Source: Bispira polyomma (Eukaryota). From it: a stretch of 64,000 nucleotides of DNA. The DNA lies in contig OZ287751.1 of NCBI GenBank assembly GCA_965649765.1, positions 66,836,001-66,900,000 on the forward strand, given 5' to 3'. The position numbers were made by a program, and so were the translations under genes. The notes beneath the pieces were generated by a model that saw only the letters and a program-made list of their open reading frames with translations, was not told where the DNA came from and did no database searches. Each line of letters starts with the position of its first letter. Position 1 is the first letter of the stretch. Shown one piece after another: positions 48,719 through 61,883 of this stretch.

Positions 48719-49603
48719 TGATGCATTTTGTACTACAAAACCACAAACAAAAATTGAAGCAATTAATTTCACTAAAAGTATTTAAATTGACAATAACTGA
48801 TCGATTTTATTTTCTCCAGGAATAAAACATTAAATTGACCAATATGTATATGTTCATCTTGTGCATCTAATAGAGTATGTTTGTTTTCACTGGATGCATT
48901 TAAAATTATATGTGCATCAGCCTGGAGTCAAACTCGGATCGACTGTTTGGAAGGCAACCATGCTAACCGCTACACCACTGATGCTTGATATTAATTTCCT
49001 CTGTATTAGTTTGTTATAACACTTCTGATTGCTCAACTGAATCTTGTGGAGTTGGAATGTTTGTTTTGGAATTACAAACTGCTATCAACCTAAATCAGGT
49101 TGTTTTAAGGTGTGGTGTATTCCACCTGATGTGAGTTAAACATTCACACCAGAAGTCGCCACTGAGTGATTACAAAAACTGTCAAAATGTTTTATGAGGT
49201 GTATTTTCAGCGGAAATAACATATTTATTTATGACTATTATTACGGAAGTATATACATCTGAACTTACACAGCTTTAAGAACATGTCTTTTTTAAAATAA
49301 TGTTGAGTATATGTCTGTAGCATATTAAGTAATATAACATATAAATGATGTGTAAATAGGAGGAAGTTGTAAAGTATGAGTGAAGGGCTCAGATATTAGA
49401 GGCACAATTGCAACCAGTGTGATCAGATGCCTAATTTAAAATTTTTGAAAAAGAATGTTTTTTTTTATAAATCAACCACAAGTGTATAACAATGGCCTAA
49501 CCTAACAAATTACACATGATGAAATATTATAGCGATATTGAAATAGTGGCTTTAAAACCGACAATCCAAGTTATTATTCATGATATCGATCAGCTGTCTA
49601 ACA

Positions 49604-49676
49604 GGTTCAGTAGTGTAGTGGTTATCACGCTCGCCTCACACGCGAGAGGTCCCCAGTTCAATCCTGGGCTGAACCT
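49604..49676 (+). tRNA. tRNA-Val(CAC), fully paired copy
   Basis: same sequence as 38918-38990. Confidence 0.7.
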
Positions 49677-50816
49677 TGATGCATTTTGTACTACAAAACC
49701 ACAAACAAAAATTGAAGCAATTAATTTCAGTAAAAGTATTTAAATTGACAATAACTGATCGATTTTATTTTCTCCAGGAATAAAACATTAAATTGACCAA
49801 TATGTATATGTTCATCTTGTGCATCTAATAGAGTATGTTTGTTTTCACTGGATGCATTTAAAATTATATGTGCATCAGCCTGGAGTCAAACTCGGATCGA
49901 CTGTTTGGAAGGCAACCATGCTAACCGCTACACCACTGACGCTTGATATTAAGTTCCTCTGTATTAGTTTGTTATAACACTTCTGATTGCTCAACTGAAT
50001 CTTGTGGAGTTGGAATGTTTGTTTTGGAATTACAAACTGCTATCAACCTAAATCAGGTTGTTTTAAGGTGTGGTGTATTCCACCTGATGTGAGTTTAACA
50101 TTCACACCAGAAGTCGCCACTGAGTGATTACAAAAACTGTCAAAATGTTTTATGAGGTGTATTTTCAGCAGAAATAACATATTTATTCATCACTATTATT
50201 ACGGAAGTAGGTAATGTTGTGTACTTATAAAGGATATCAGTACCTGATGGATGCATACATTAAGTGGCTTTAATTATATCAAAATGGTAAGTATAGAATA
50301 AATATTATAACTCACCTTTTAATGATTTCTTGAACCTTTCTTTCAAATAGATATATCCACTTTTCCCTTGAAACAAATGAATGATAAAATTGCTCCTGGT
50401 CTAAACATACAAGTAGGCATTTTCAAGTAATACAGCATCGATCAACTTACACAGCTTTAAGAACATGTTTTTTTTAAATAATGTTGAGTATATGTCTGTA
50501 GCATATTAAGTAACATAACATATAAATGATGTGTAAATAGGAGGAAGTTGTAAAGTATGAGTGAATGACTCAGATATCAGAGCCACAATTGCAACCAGTG
50601 TAAACAGATGCCTAATTTAAAATTTTTGAAAAAGCATGTTTTTTTACAAATCTACCACAAACAAAAATTGAAGCAATTAATTTCACTAAAAGCATTTAAA
50701 TTTACAATAACTGATTAATTTTATTCTCTCCGGGAATGAAAGATTAAATTGACCAATACATCTTGAGCATTGAATAGAGTATGTTTGTTTTCACTGGGTG
50801 CATTTAAAACTTTATG

Positions 50817-50888
50817 TGCGTCAGCCGGGAGTCGAACCCGGATCGACTGCTTGGAAGGCAACCATGCTAACCGCTACACCACTGACGC
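50817..50888 (-). tRNA. tRNA-Gly(TCC), intact
   Basis: GCGTCAGTGGTGTAGCGGTTAGCATGGTTGCCTTCCAAGCAGTCGATCCGGGTTCGACTCCCGGCTGACGCA; downstream TTTT. Confidence 0.88.
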
Positions 50889-52517
50889 TTGATATTAAGT
50901 TCCTCTGTATTAGTTTGTTATAACACTTCTGATTGCTCAACTGAATCTTGTGGAGTTGGAATGTTTGTTTTGGAATTACAAACTGCTATCAACCTAAATC
51001 AGGTTGTTTTAAGGTGTGGTGTATTCCACCTGATGTGAGTTTAACATTCACACCAGAAGTCGCCACTGAGTGATTACAAAAACTGTCAAAATGTTTTATG
51101 AGGTGTATTTTCAGCAGAAATAACATATTTATTTATGACTATTATTACGGAAGTATATACATCTGAACTTACACAGCTTTAAGAACATGTCTGTTTTAAA
51201 ATAATGTTGAGTATATGTCTGTAGCATATTAAGTAATATAACATATAAATGATGTGTAAATAGGAGGAAGTTGTAAAGTATGAGTGAAGGACTCAGATAT
51301 TAGAGGCACAATTGCAACCAGTGTGATCAGATGCCTAATTTAAAATTTTTGAAAAAGAATGTTTTTTTTTACAAATCAACCACAAGTGTATAACAATGGC
51401 CTAACCTAACAAATTACACATGATGAAATATTATAGCGATATTGAAATAGTGGATTTAAAACCGACAATCCAAGTCAGATTCATGATATCGATCAGCTGT
51501 CTAATAGGTTCAGTAGTGTAGTGGTTATCACGCTTGCCTCACACGCGAGAGGTCCCCAGTTCAATCCTGGGCTGAACCTTGAGGCATTTTGTACTACAAA
51601 ACCACAAACAAAAATTGAAGCAATTAATTTCACTAAAAGTATTTAAATTGACAATAACTGATTGATTTTATTCTCTCTAGGAATAAAACGTTAAATTGAC
51701 CAATATGTATATGTTCATCTTGTGCATCGAACAGAGTATGTTTGTTTTTACTGGATGCATTTAAAATTTTATGTGTATCAGCCTGGAGTTAAACTTGGAT
51801 CCAATGCTTGGAAGGCAACCATGCTAACCGCTACACCACTGACGCTTGATATTAAGTTCCTCTGTATTAGTTTGTTATAACACTTCTGATTGCTCAACTG
51901 AATCTTGTGGAGTTGGAATGTTTGTTTTGGAATTACAAACTGCTATCATGTTTTTTTACAAATCCACCACAAACAAAAATTGAAGCAATTAATTTCACTA
52001 AAAGCATTTACATTTACAATAACTGATTAATTTTATTCTCTCCGGGAATGAAAGATTAAATTGACCAATACATCTTGAGCATTGAATAGAGTATGTTTGT
52101 TTTCACTGGGTGCATTTAAAACTTTATGTGCGTCAGCCGGGAGTCGCAAAAAAAATTTTATGTGTATCAGCCTGGAGTTAAACTTGGATCGACTGCTTGG
52201 AAGGCAACCATGCTAACCGCTACACCACTGACGCTTGATATTAAGTTCCTCTGTATTAGTTTGTTATAACACTTCTGATTGCTCAACTGAATCTTGTGGA
52301 GTTGGAATGTTTGTTTTGGAATTACAAACTGCTATCATGTTTTTTTACAAATCCACCACAAACAAAAATTGAAGCAATTAATTTCACTAAAAGCATTTAC
52401 ATTTACAATAACTGATTAATTTTATTCTCTCCGGGAATGAAAGATTAAATTGACCAATACATCTTGAGCATTGAATAGAGTATGTTTGTTTTCACTGGGT
52501 GCATTTAAAACTTAATG

Positions 52518-52589
52518 TGCGTCAGCCGGGAGTCGAACCCGGATCGACTGCTTGGAAGGCAACCATGCTAACCGCTACACCACTGACGC
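52518..52589 (-). tRNA. tRNA-Gly(TCC), intact
   Basis: identical to 50817-50888. Confidence 0.88.
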
Positions 52590-53811
52590 TTGATATTAAG
52601 TTCCTCTGTATTAGTTTGTTATAACACTTCTGATTGCTCAACTGAATCTTGTGGAGTTGGAATGTTTGTTTTGGAATTACAAACTGCTATCAACCTAAAT
52701 CAGGTTGTTTTAAGGTGTGGTGTATTCCACCTGATGTGAGTTTAACATTCACACCAGAAGTCGCCACTGAGTGATTACAAAAACTGTCAAAATGTTTTAT
52801 GAGGTGTATTTTCAGCAGAAATAACATATTTATTCATCACTATTATTACGGAAGTAGGTAATGTTGTGTACTTATAAAGGATATCAGTACCTGATGGATG
52901 CATACATTAAGTGGCTTTAATTATATCAAAATGGTAAGTATAGAATAAATATTATAACTCACCTTTTAATGATTTCTTGAACCTTTCTTTCAAATAGATA
53001 TATCCACTTTTCCCTTGAAACAAATGAATGATAAAATTGCTCCTGGTCTAAACATACAAGTAGGCATTTTCAAGTAATACAGCATCGATCAACTTACACA
53101 GCTTTAAGAACATGTTTTTTTTAAATAATGTTGAGTATATGTCTGTAGCATATTAAGTAACATAACATATAAATGATGTGTAAATAGGAGGAAGTTGTAA
53201 AGTATGAGTGAATGACTCAGATATCAGAGCCACAATTGCAACCAGTGTAAACAGATGCCTAATTTAAAATTTTTGAAAAAGCATGTTTTTTTACAAATCC
53301 ACCACAAACAAAAATTGAAGCAATTAATTTCACTAAAAGCATTTAAATTTACAATAACTGATTAATTTTATTCTCTCCGGGAATGAAAGATTAAATTGAC
53401 CAATACATCTTGAGCATTGAATAGAGTATGTTTGTTTTCACTGGGTGCATTTAAAACTTTATGTGCGTCAGCCGAACCCGGATCGACTGCTTGGAAGGCA
53501 ACCATGCTAACTGCTACACCACTGACGCTTGATATTAAGTTCCTCTGTATTAGTTTGTTATAACACTTCTGATTGCTCAACTGAATCTTGTGGAGTTGGA
53601 ATGTTTGTTTTGGAATTACAAACTGCTATCATGTTTTTTTACAAATCCACCACAAACAAAAATTGAAGCAATTAATTTCACTAAAAGCATTTAAATTTAC
53701 AATAACTGATTAATTTTATTCTCTCCGGGAATGAAAGATTAAATTGACCAATACATCTTGAGCATTGAATAGAGTATGTTTGTTTTCACTGGGTGCATTT
53801 AAAACTTTATG

Positions 53812-53883
53812 TGCGTCAGCCGGGAGTCGAACCCGGATCGACTGCTTGGAAGGCAACCATGCTAACCGCTACACCACTGACGC
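53812..53883 (-). tRNA. tRNA-Gly(TCC), intact
   Basis: identical to 50817-50888. Confidence 0.88.
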
Positions 53884-56800
53884 TTGATATTAAGTTCCTC
53901 TGTATTAGTTTGTTATAACACTTCTGATTGCTCAACTGAATCTTGTGGAGTTGGAATGTTTGTTTTGGAATTACAAACTGCTATCATGTTTTTTTACAAA
54001 TCCACCACAAACAAAAATTGAAGCAATTAATTTCACTAAAAGCATTTACATTTACAATAACTGATTAATTTTATTCTCTCCGGGAATGAAAGATTAAATT
54101 GACCAATACATCTTGAGCATTGAATAGAGTATGTTTGTTTTCACTGGGTGCATTTAAAACTTTATGTGCGTCAGCCGAACCCGGATCGACTGCTTGGAAG
54201 GCAACCATGCTAACCGCTACACCACTGACGCTTGATATTAAGTTCCTCTGTATTAGTTTGTTATAACACTTCTGATTGCTCAACTGAATCTTGTGGAGTT
54301 GGAATGTTTGTTTTGGAATTACAAACTGCTATCAACCTAAATCAGGTTGTTTTAAGGTGTGGTGTATTCCACCTGATGTGAGTTTAACATTCACACCAGA
54401 AGTCGCCACTGAGTGATTACAAAAACTGTCAAAATGTTTTATGAGGTGTATTTTCAGCAGAAATAACATATTTATTCATCACTATTATTACGGAAGTAGG
54501 TAATGTTGTGTACTTATAAAGGATATCAGTACCTGATGGATGCATACATTAAGTGGCTTTAATTATATCAAAATGGTAAGTATAGAATAAATATTATAAC
54601 TCACCTTTTAATGATTTCTTGAACCTTTCTTTCAAATAGATATATCCACTTTTCCCTTGAAACAAATGAATGATAAAATTGCTCCTGGTCTAAACATACA
54701 AGTAGGCATTTTCAAGTAATACAGCATCGATCAACTTACACAGCTTTAAGAACATGTTTTTTTTAAATAATGTTGAGTATATGTCTGTAGCATATTAAGT
54801 AACATAACATATAAATGATGTGTAAATAGGAGGAAGTTGTAAAGTATGAGTGAATGACTCAGATATCAGAGCCACAATTGCAACCAGTGTAAACAGATGC
54901 CTAATTTAAAATTTTTGAAAAAGCATGTTTTTTTACAAATCCACCACAAACAAAAATTGAAGCAATTAATTTCACTAAAAGCATTTACATTTACAATAAC
55001 TGATTAATTTTATTCTCTCCGGGAATGAAAGATTAAATTGACCAATACATCTTGAGCATTGAATAGAGTATGTTTGTTTTCACTGGGTGCATTTAAAACT
55101 TTATGTGCGTCAGCCGAACCCGGATCGACTGCTTGGAAGGCAACCATGCTAACCGCTACACCACTGACGCTTGATATTAAGTTCCTCTGTATTAGTTTGT
55201 TATAACACTTCTGATTGCTCAACTGAATCTTGTGGAGTTGGAATGTTTGTTTTGGAATTACAAACTGCTATCAACCTAAATCAGGTTGTTTTAAGGTGTG
55301 GTGTATTCCACCTGATGTGAGTTTAACATTCACACCAGAAGTCGCCACTGAGTGATTACAAAAACTGTCAAAATGTTTTATGAGGTGTATTTTCAGCAGA
55401 AATAACATATTTATTCATCACTATTATTACGGAAGTAGGTAATGTTGTGTACTTATAAAGGATATCAGTACCTGATGGATGCATACATTAAGTGGCTTTA
55501 ATTATATCAAAATGGTAAGTATAGAATAAATATTATAACTCACCTTTTAATGATTTCTTGAACCTTTCTTTCAAATAGATATATCCACTTTTCCCTTGAA
55601 ACAAATGAATGATAAAATTGCTCCTGGTCTAAACATACAAGTAGGCATTTTCAAGTAATACAGCATCGATCAACTTACACAGCTTTAAGAACATGTTTTT
55701 TTTAAATAATGTTGAGTATATGTCTGTAGCATATTAAGTAACATAACATATAAATGATGTGTAAATAGGAGGAAGTTGTAAAGTATGAGTGAATGACTCA
55801 GATATCAGAGCCACAATTGCAACCAGTGTAAACAGATGCCTAATTTAAAATTTTTGAAAAAGCATGTTTTTTTACAAATCCACCACAAACAAAAATTGAA
55901 GCAATTAATTTCACTAAAAGCATTTACATTTACAATAACTGATTAATTTTATTCTCTCCGGGAATGAAAGATTAAATTGACCAATACATCTTGAGCATTG
56001 AATAGAGTATGTTTGTTTTCACTGGGTGCATTTAAAACTTTATGTGCGTCAGCCGAACCCGGATCGACTGCTTGGAAGGCAACCATGCTAACCGCTACAC
56101 CACTGACGCTTGATATTAAGTTCCTCTGTATTAGTTTGTTATAACACTTCTGATTGCTCAACTGAATCTTGTGGAGTTGGAATGTTTGTTTTGGAATTAC
56201 AAACTGCTATCAACCTAAATCAGGTTGTTTTAAGGTGTGGTGTATTCCACCTGATGTGAGTTTAACATTCACACCAGAAGTCGCCACTGAGTGATTACAA
56301 AAACTGTCAAAATGTTTTATGAGGTGTATTTTCAGCAGAAATAACATATTTATTCATCACTATTATTACGGAAGTAGGTAATGTTGTGTACTTATAAAGG
56401 ATATCAGTACCTGATGGATGCATACATTAAGTGGCTTTAATTATATCAAAATGGTAAGTATAGAATAAATATTATAACTCACCTTTTAATGATTTCTTGA
56501 ACCTTTCTTTCAAATAGATATATCCACTTTTCCCTTGAAACAAATGAATGATAAAATTGCTCCTGGTCTAAACATACAAGTAGGCATTTTCAAGTAATAC
56601 AGCATCGATCAACTTACACAGCTTTAAGAACATGTTTTTTTTAAATAATGTTGAGTATATGTCTGTAGCATATTAAGTAACATAACATATAAATGATGTG
56701 TAAATAGGAGGAAGTTGTAAAGTATGAGTGAATGACTCAGATATCAGAGCCACAATTGCAACCAGTGTAAACAGATGCCTAATTTAAAATTTTTGAAAAA

Positions 56801-58277
56801 GCATGTTTTTTTACAAATCTACCACAAACAAAAATTGAAGCAATTAATTTCACTAAAAGCATTTAAATTTACAATAACTGATTAATTTTATTCTCTCCGG
56901 GAATGAAAGATTAAATTGACCAATACATCTTGAGCATTGAATAGAGTATGTTTGTTTTCACTGGGTGCATTTAAAACTTTATGTGTATCAGCCTGGAGTT
57001 AAACTTGGATCGACTGCTTGGAAGGCAACCATGCTAACCGCTACACCACTGACGCTTGATATTAAGTTCCTCTGTATTAGTTTGTTATAACACTTCTGAT
57101 TGCTCAACTGAATCTTGTGGAGTTGGAATGTTTGTTTTGGAATTACAAACTGCTATCATGTTTTTTTACAAATCCACCACAAACAAAAATTGAAGCAATT
57201 AATTTCACTAAAAGCATTTACATTTACAATAACTGATTAATTTTATTCTCTCCGGGAATGAAAGATTAAATTGACCAATACATCTTGAGCATTGAATAGA
57301 GTATGTTTGTTTTCACTGGGTGCATTTAAAACTTTATGTGCGTCAGCCGAACCCGGATCGACTGCTTGGAAGGCAACCATGCTAACCGCTACACCACTGA
57401 CGCTTGATATTAAGTTCCTCTGTATTAGTTTGTTATAACACTTCTGATTGCTCAACTGAATCTTGTGGAGTTGGAATGTTTGTTTTGGAATTACAAACTG
57501 CTATCAACCTAAATCAGGTTGTTTTAAGGTGTGGTGTATTCCACCTGATGTGAGTTTAACATTCACACCAGAAGTCGCCACTGAGTGATTACAAAAACTG
57601 TCAAAATGTTTTATGAGGTGTATTTTCAGCAGAAATAACATATTTATTCATCACTATTATTACGGAAGTAGGTAATGTTGTGTACTTATAAAGGATATCA
57701 GTACCTGATGGATGCATACATTAAGTGGCTTTAATTATATCAAAATGGTAAGTATAGAATAAATATTATAACTCACCTTTTAATGATTTCTTGAACCTTT
57801 CTTTCAAATAGATATATCCACTTTTCCCTTGAAACAAATGAATGATAAAATTGCTCCTGGTCTAAACATACAAGTAGGCATTTTCAAGTAATACAGCATC
57901 GATCAACTTACACAGCTTTAAGAACATGTTTTTTTTAAATAATGTTGAGTATATGTCTGTAGCATATTAAGTAACATAACATATAAATGATGTGTAAATA
58001 GGAGGAAGTTGTAAAGTATGAGTGAATGACTCAGATATCAGAGCCACAATTGCAACCAGTGTAAACAGATGCCTAATTTAAAATTTTTGAAAAAGCATGT
58101 TTTTTTACAAATCTACCACAAACAAAAATTGAAGCAATTAATTTCACTAAAAGCATTTAAATTTACAATAACTGATTAATTTTATTCTCTCCGGGAATGA
58201 AAGATTAAATTGACCAATACATCTTGAGCATTGAATAGAGTATGTTTGTTTTCACTGGGTGCATTTAAAACTTTATG

Positions 58278-58349
58278 TGCGTCAGCCGGGAGTCGAACCC
58301 GGATCGACTGCTTGGAAGGCAACCATGCTAACCGCTACACCACTGACGC
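58278..58349 (-). tRNA. tRNA-Gly(TCC), intact
   Basis: identical to 50817-50888. Confidence 0.88.
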
Positions 58350-61300
58350 TTGATATTAAGTTCCTCTGTATTAGTTTGTTATAACACTTCTGATTGCTCA
58401 ACTGAATCTTGTGGAGTTGGAATGTTTGTTTTGGAATTACAAACTGATATCAACCTAAATCAGGTTGTTTTAAGGTGTGGTGTATTCCACCTGATGTGAG
58501 TTTAACATTCACACCAGAAGTCGCCACTGAGTGATTACAAAAACTGTCAAAATGTTTTATGAGGTGTATTTTCAGCAGAAATAACATATTTATTCATCAC
58601 TATTATTACGGAAGTAGGTAATGTTGTGTACTTATAAAGGATATCAGTACCTGATGGATGCATACATTAAGTGGCTTTAATTATATCAAAATGGTAAGTA
58701 TAGAATAAATATTATAACTCACCTTTTAATGATTTCTTGAACCTTTCTTTCAAATAGATATATCCACTTTTCCCTTGAAACAAATGAATGATAAAATTGC
58801 TCCTGGTCTAAACATACAAGTAGGCATTTTCAAGTAATACAGCATCGATCAACTTACACAGCTTTAAGAACATGTTTTTTTTAAATAATGTTGAGTATAT
58901 GTCTGTAGCATATTAAGTAACATAACATATAAATGATGTGTAAATAGGAGGAAGTTGTAAAGTATGAGTGAATGACTCAGATATCAGAGCCACAATTGCA
59001 ACCAGTGTAAACAGATGCCTAATTTAAAATTTTTGAAAAAGCATGTTTTTTTACAAATCCACCACAAACAAAAATTGAAGCAATTAATTTCACTAAAAGC
59101 ATTTAAATTTACAATAACTGATTAATTTTATTCTCTCCGGGAATGAAAGATTAAATTGACCAATACATCTTGAGCATTGAATAGAGTATGTTTGTTTTCA
59201 CTGGGTGCATTTAAAACTTTATGTGTATCAGCCTGGAGTTAAACTTGGATCGACTGCTTGGAAGGCAACCATGCTAACCGCTACACCACTGACGCTTGAT
59301 ATTAAGTTCCTCTGTATTAGTTTGTTATAACACTTCTGATTGCTCAACTGAATCTTGTGGAGTTGGAATGTTTGTTTTGGAATTACAAACTGCTATCATG
59401 TTTTTTTACAAATCCACCACAAACAAAAATTGAAGCAATTAATTTCACTAAAAGCATTTACATTTACAATAACTGATTAATTTTATTCTCTCCGGGAATG
59501 AAAGATTAAATTGACCAATACATCTTGAGCATTGAATAGAGTATGTTTGTTTTCACTGGGTGCATTTAAAACTTTATGTGCGTCAGCCGAACCCGGATCG
59601 ACTGCTTGGAAGGCAACCATGCTAACCGCTACACCACTGACGCTTGATATTAAGTTCCTCTGTATTAGTTTGTTATAACACTTCTGATTGCTCAACTGAA
59701 TCTTGTGGAGTTGGAATGTTTGTTTTGGAATTACAAACTGCTATCAACCTAAATCAGGTTGTTTTAAGGTGTGGTGTATTCCACCTGATGTGAGTTTAAC
59801 ATTCACACCAGAAGTCGCCACTGAGTGATTACAAAAACTGTCAAAATGTTTTATGAGGTGTATTTTCAGCAGAAATAACATATTTATTCATCACTATTAT
59901 TACGGAAGTAGGTAATGTTGTGTACTTATAAAGGATATCAGTACCTGATGGATGCATACGTTAAGTGGCTTTAATTATATCAAAATGGTAAGTATAGAAT
60001 AAATATTATAACTCACCTTTTAATGATTTCTTGAACCTTTCTTTCAAATAGATATATCCACTTTTCCCTTGAAACAAATGAATGATAAAATTGCTCCTGG
60101 TCTAAACATACAAGTAGGCATTTTCAAGTAATACAGCATCGATCAACTTACACAGCTTTAAGAACATGTTTTTTTTAAATAATGTTGAGTATATGTCTGT
60201 AGCATATTAAGTAACATAACATATAAATGATGTGTAAATAGGAGGAAGTTGTAAAGTATGAGTGAATGACTCAGATATCAGAGCCACAATTGCAACCAGT
60301 GTAAACAGATGCCTAATTTAAAATTTTTGAAAAAGCATGTTTTTTTACAAATCTACCACAAACAAAAATTGAAGCAATTAATTTCACTAAAAGCATTTAA
60401 ATTTACAATAACTGATTAATTTTATTCTCTCCGGGAATGAAAGATTAAATTGACCAATACATCTTGAGCATTGAATAGAGTATGTTTGTTTTCACTGGGT
60501 GCATTTAAAACTTTATGTGTATCAGCCTGGAGTTAAACTTGGATCGACTGCTTGGAAGGCAACCATGCTAACTGCTACACCACTGACGCTTGATATTAAG
60601 TTCCTCTGTATTAGTTTGTTATAACACTTCTGATTGCTCAACTGAATCTTGTGGAGTTGGAATGTTTGTTTTGGAATTACAAACTGCTATCATGTTTTTT
60701 TACAAATCCACCACAAACAAAAATTGAAGCAATTAATTTCACTAAAAGCATTTACATTTACAATAACTGATTAATTTTATTCTCTCCGGGAATGAAAGAT
60801 TAAATTGACCAATACATCTTGAGCATTGAATAGAGTATGTTTGTTTTCACTGGGTGCATTTAAAACTTTATGTGCGTCAGCCGAACCCGGATCGACTGCT
60901 TGGAAGGCAACCATGCTAACCGCTACACCACTGACGCTTGATATTAAGTTCCTCTGTATTAGTTTGTTATAACACTTCTGATTGCTCAACTGAATCTTGT
61001 GGAGTTGGAATGTTTGTTTTGGAATTACAAACTGCTATCAACCTAAATCAGGTTGTTTTAAGGTGTGGTGTATTCCACCTGATGTGAGTTTAACATTCAC
61101 ACCAGAAGTCGCCACTGAGTGATTACAAAAACTGTCAAAATGTTTTATGAGGTGTATTTTCAGCAGAAATAACATATTTATTCATCACTATTATTACGGA
61201 AGTAGGTAATGTTGTGTACTTATAAAGGATATCAGTACCTGATGGATGCATACATTAAGTGGCTTTAATTATATCAAAATGGTAAGTATAGAATAAATAT

Positions 61301-61811
61301 TATAACTCACCTTTTAATGATTTCTTGAACCTTTCTTTCAAATAGATATAGCCACTTTTCCCTTGAAACAAATGAATGATAAAATTGCTCCTGGTCTAAA
61401 CATACAAGTAGGCATTTTCAAGTAATACAGCATCGATCAACTTACACAGCTTTAAGAACATGTTTTTTTTAAATAATGTTGAGTATATGTCTGTAGCATA
61501 TTAAGTAACATAACATATAAATGATGTGTAAATAGGAGGAAGTTGTAAAGTATGAGTGAATGACTCAGATATCAGAGCCACAATTGCAACCAGTGTAAAC
61601 AGATGCCTAATTTAAAATTTTTGAAAAAGCATGTTTTTTTACAAATCTACCACAAACAAAAATTGAAGCAATTAATTTCACTAAAAGCATTTAAATTTAC
61701 AATAACTGATTAATTTTATTCTCTCCGGGAATGAAAGATTAAATTGACCAATACATCTTGAGCATTGAATAGAGTATGTTTGTTTTCACTGGGTGCATTT
61801 AAAACTTTATG

Positions 61812-61883
61812 TGCGTCAGCCGGGAGTCGAACCCGGATCGACTGCTTGGAAGGCAACCATGCTAACCGCTACACCACTGACGC
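61812..61883 (-). tRNA. tRNA-Gly(TCC), intact
   Basis: identical to 50817-50888. Confidence 0.88.
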
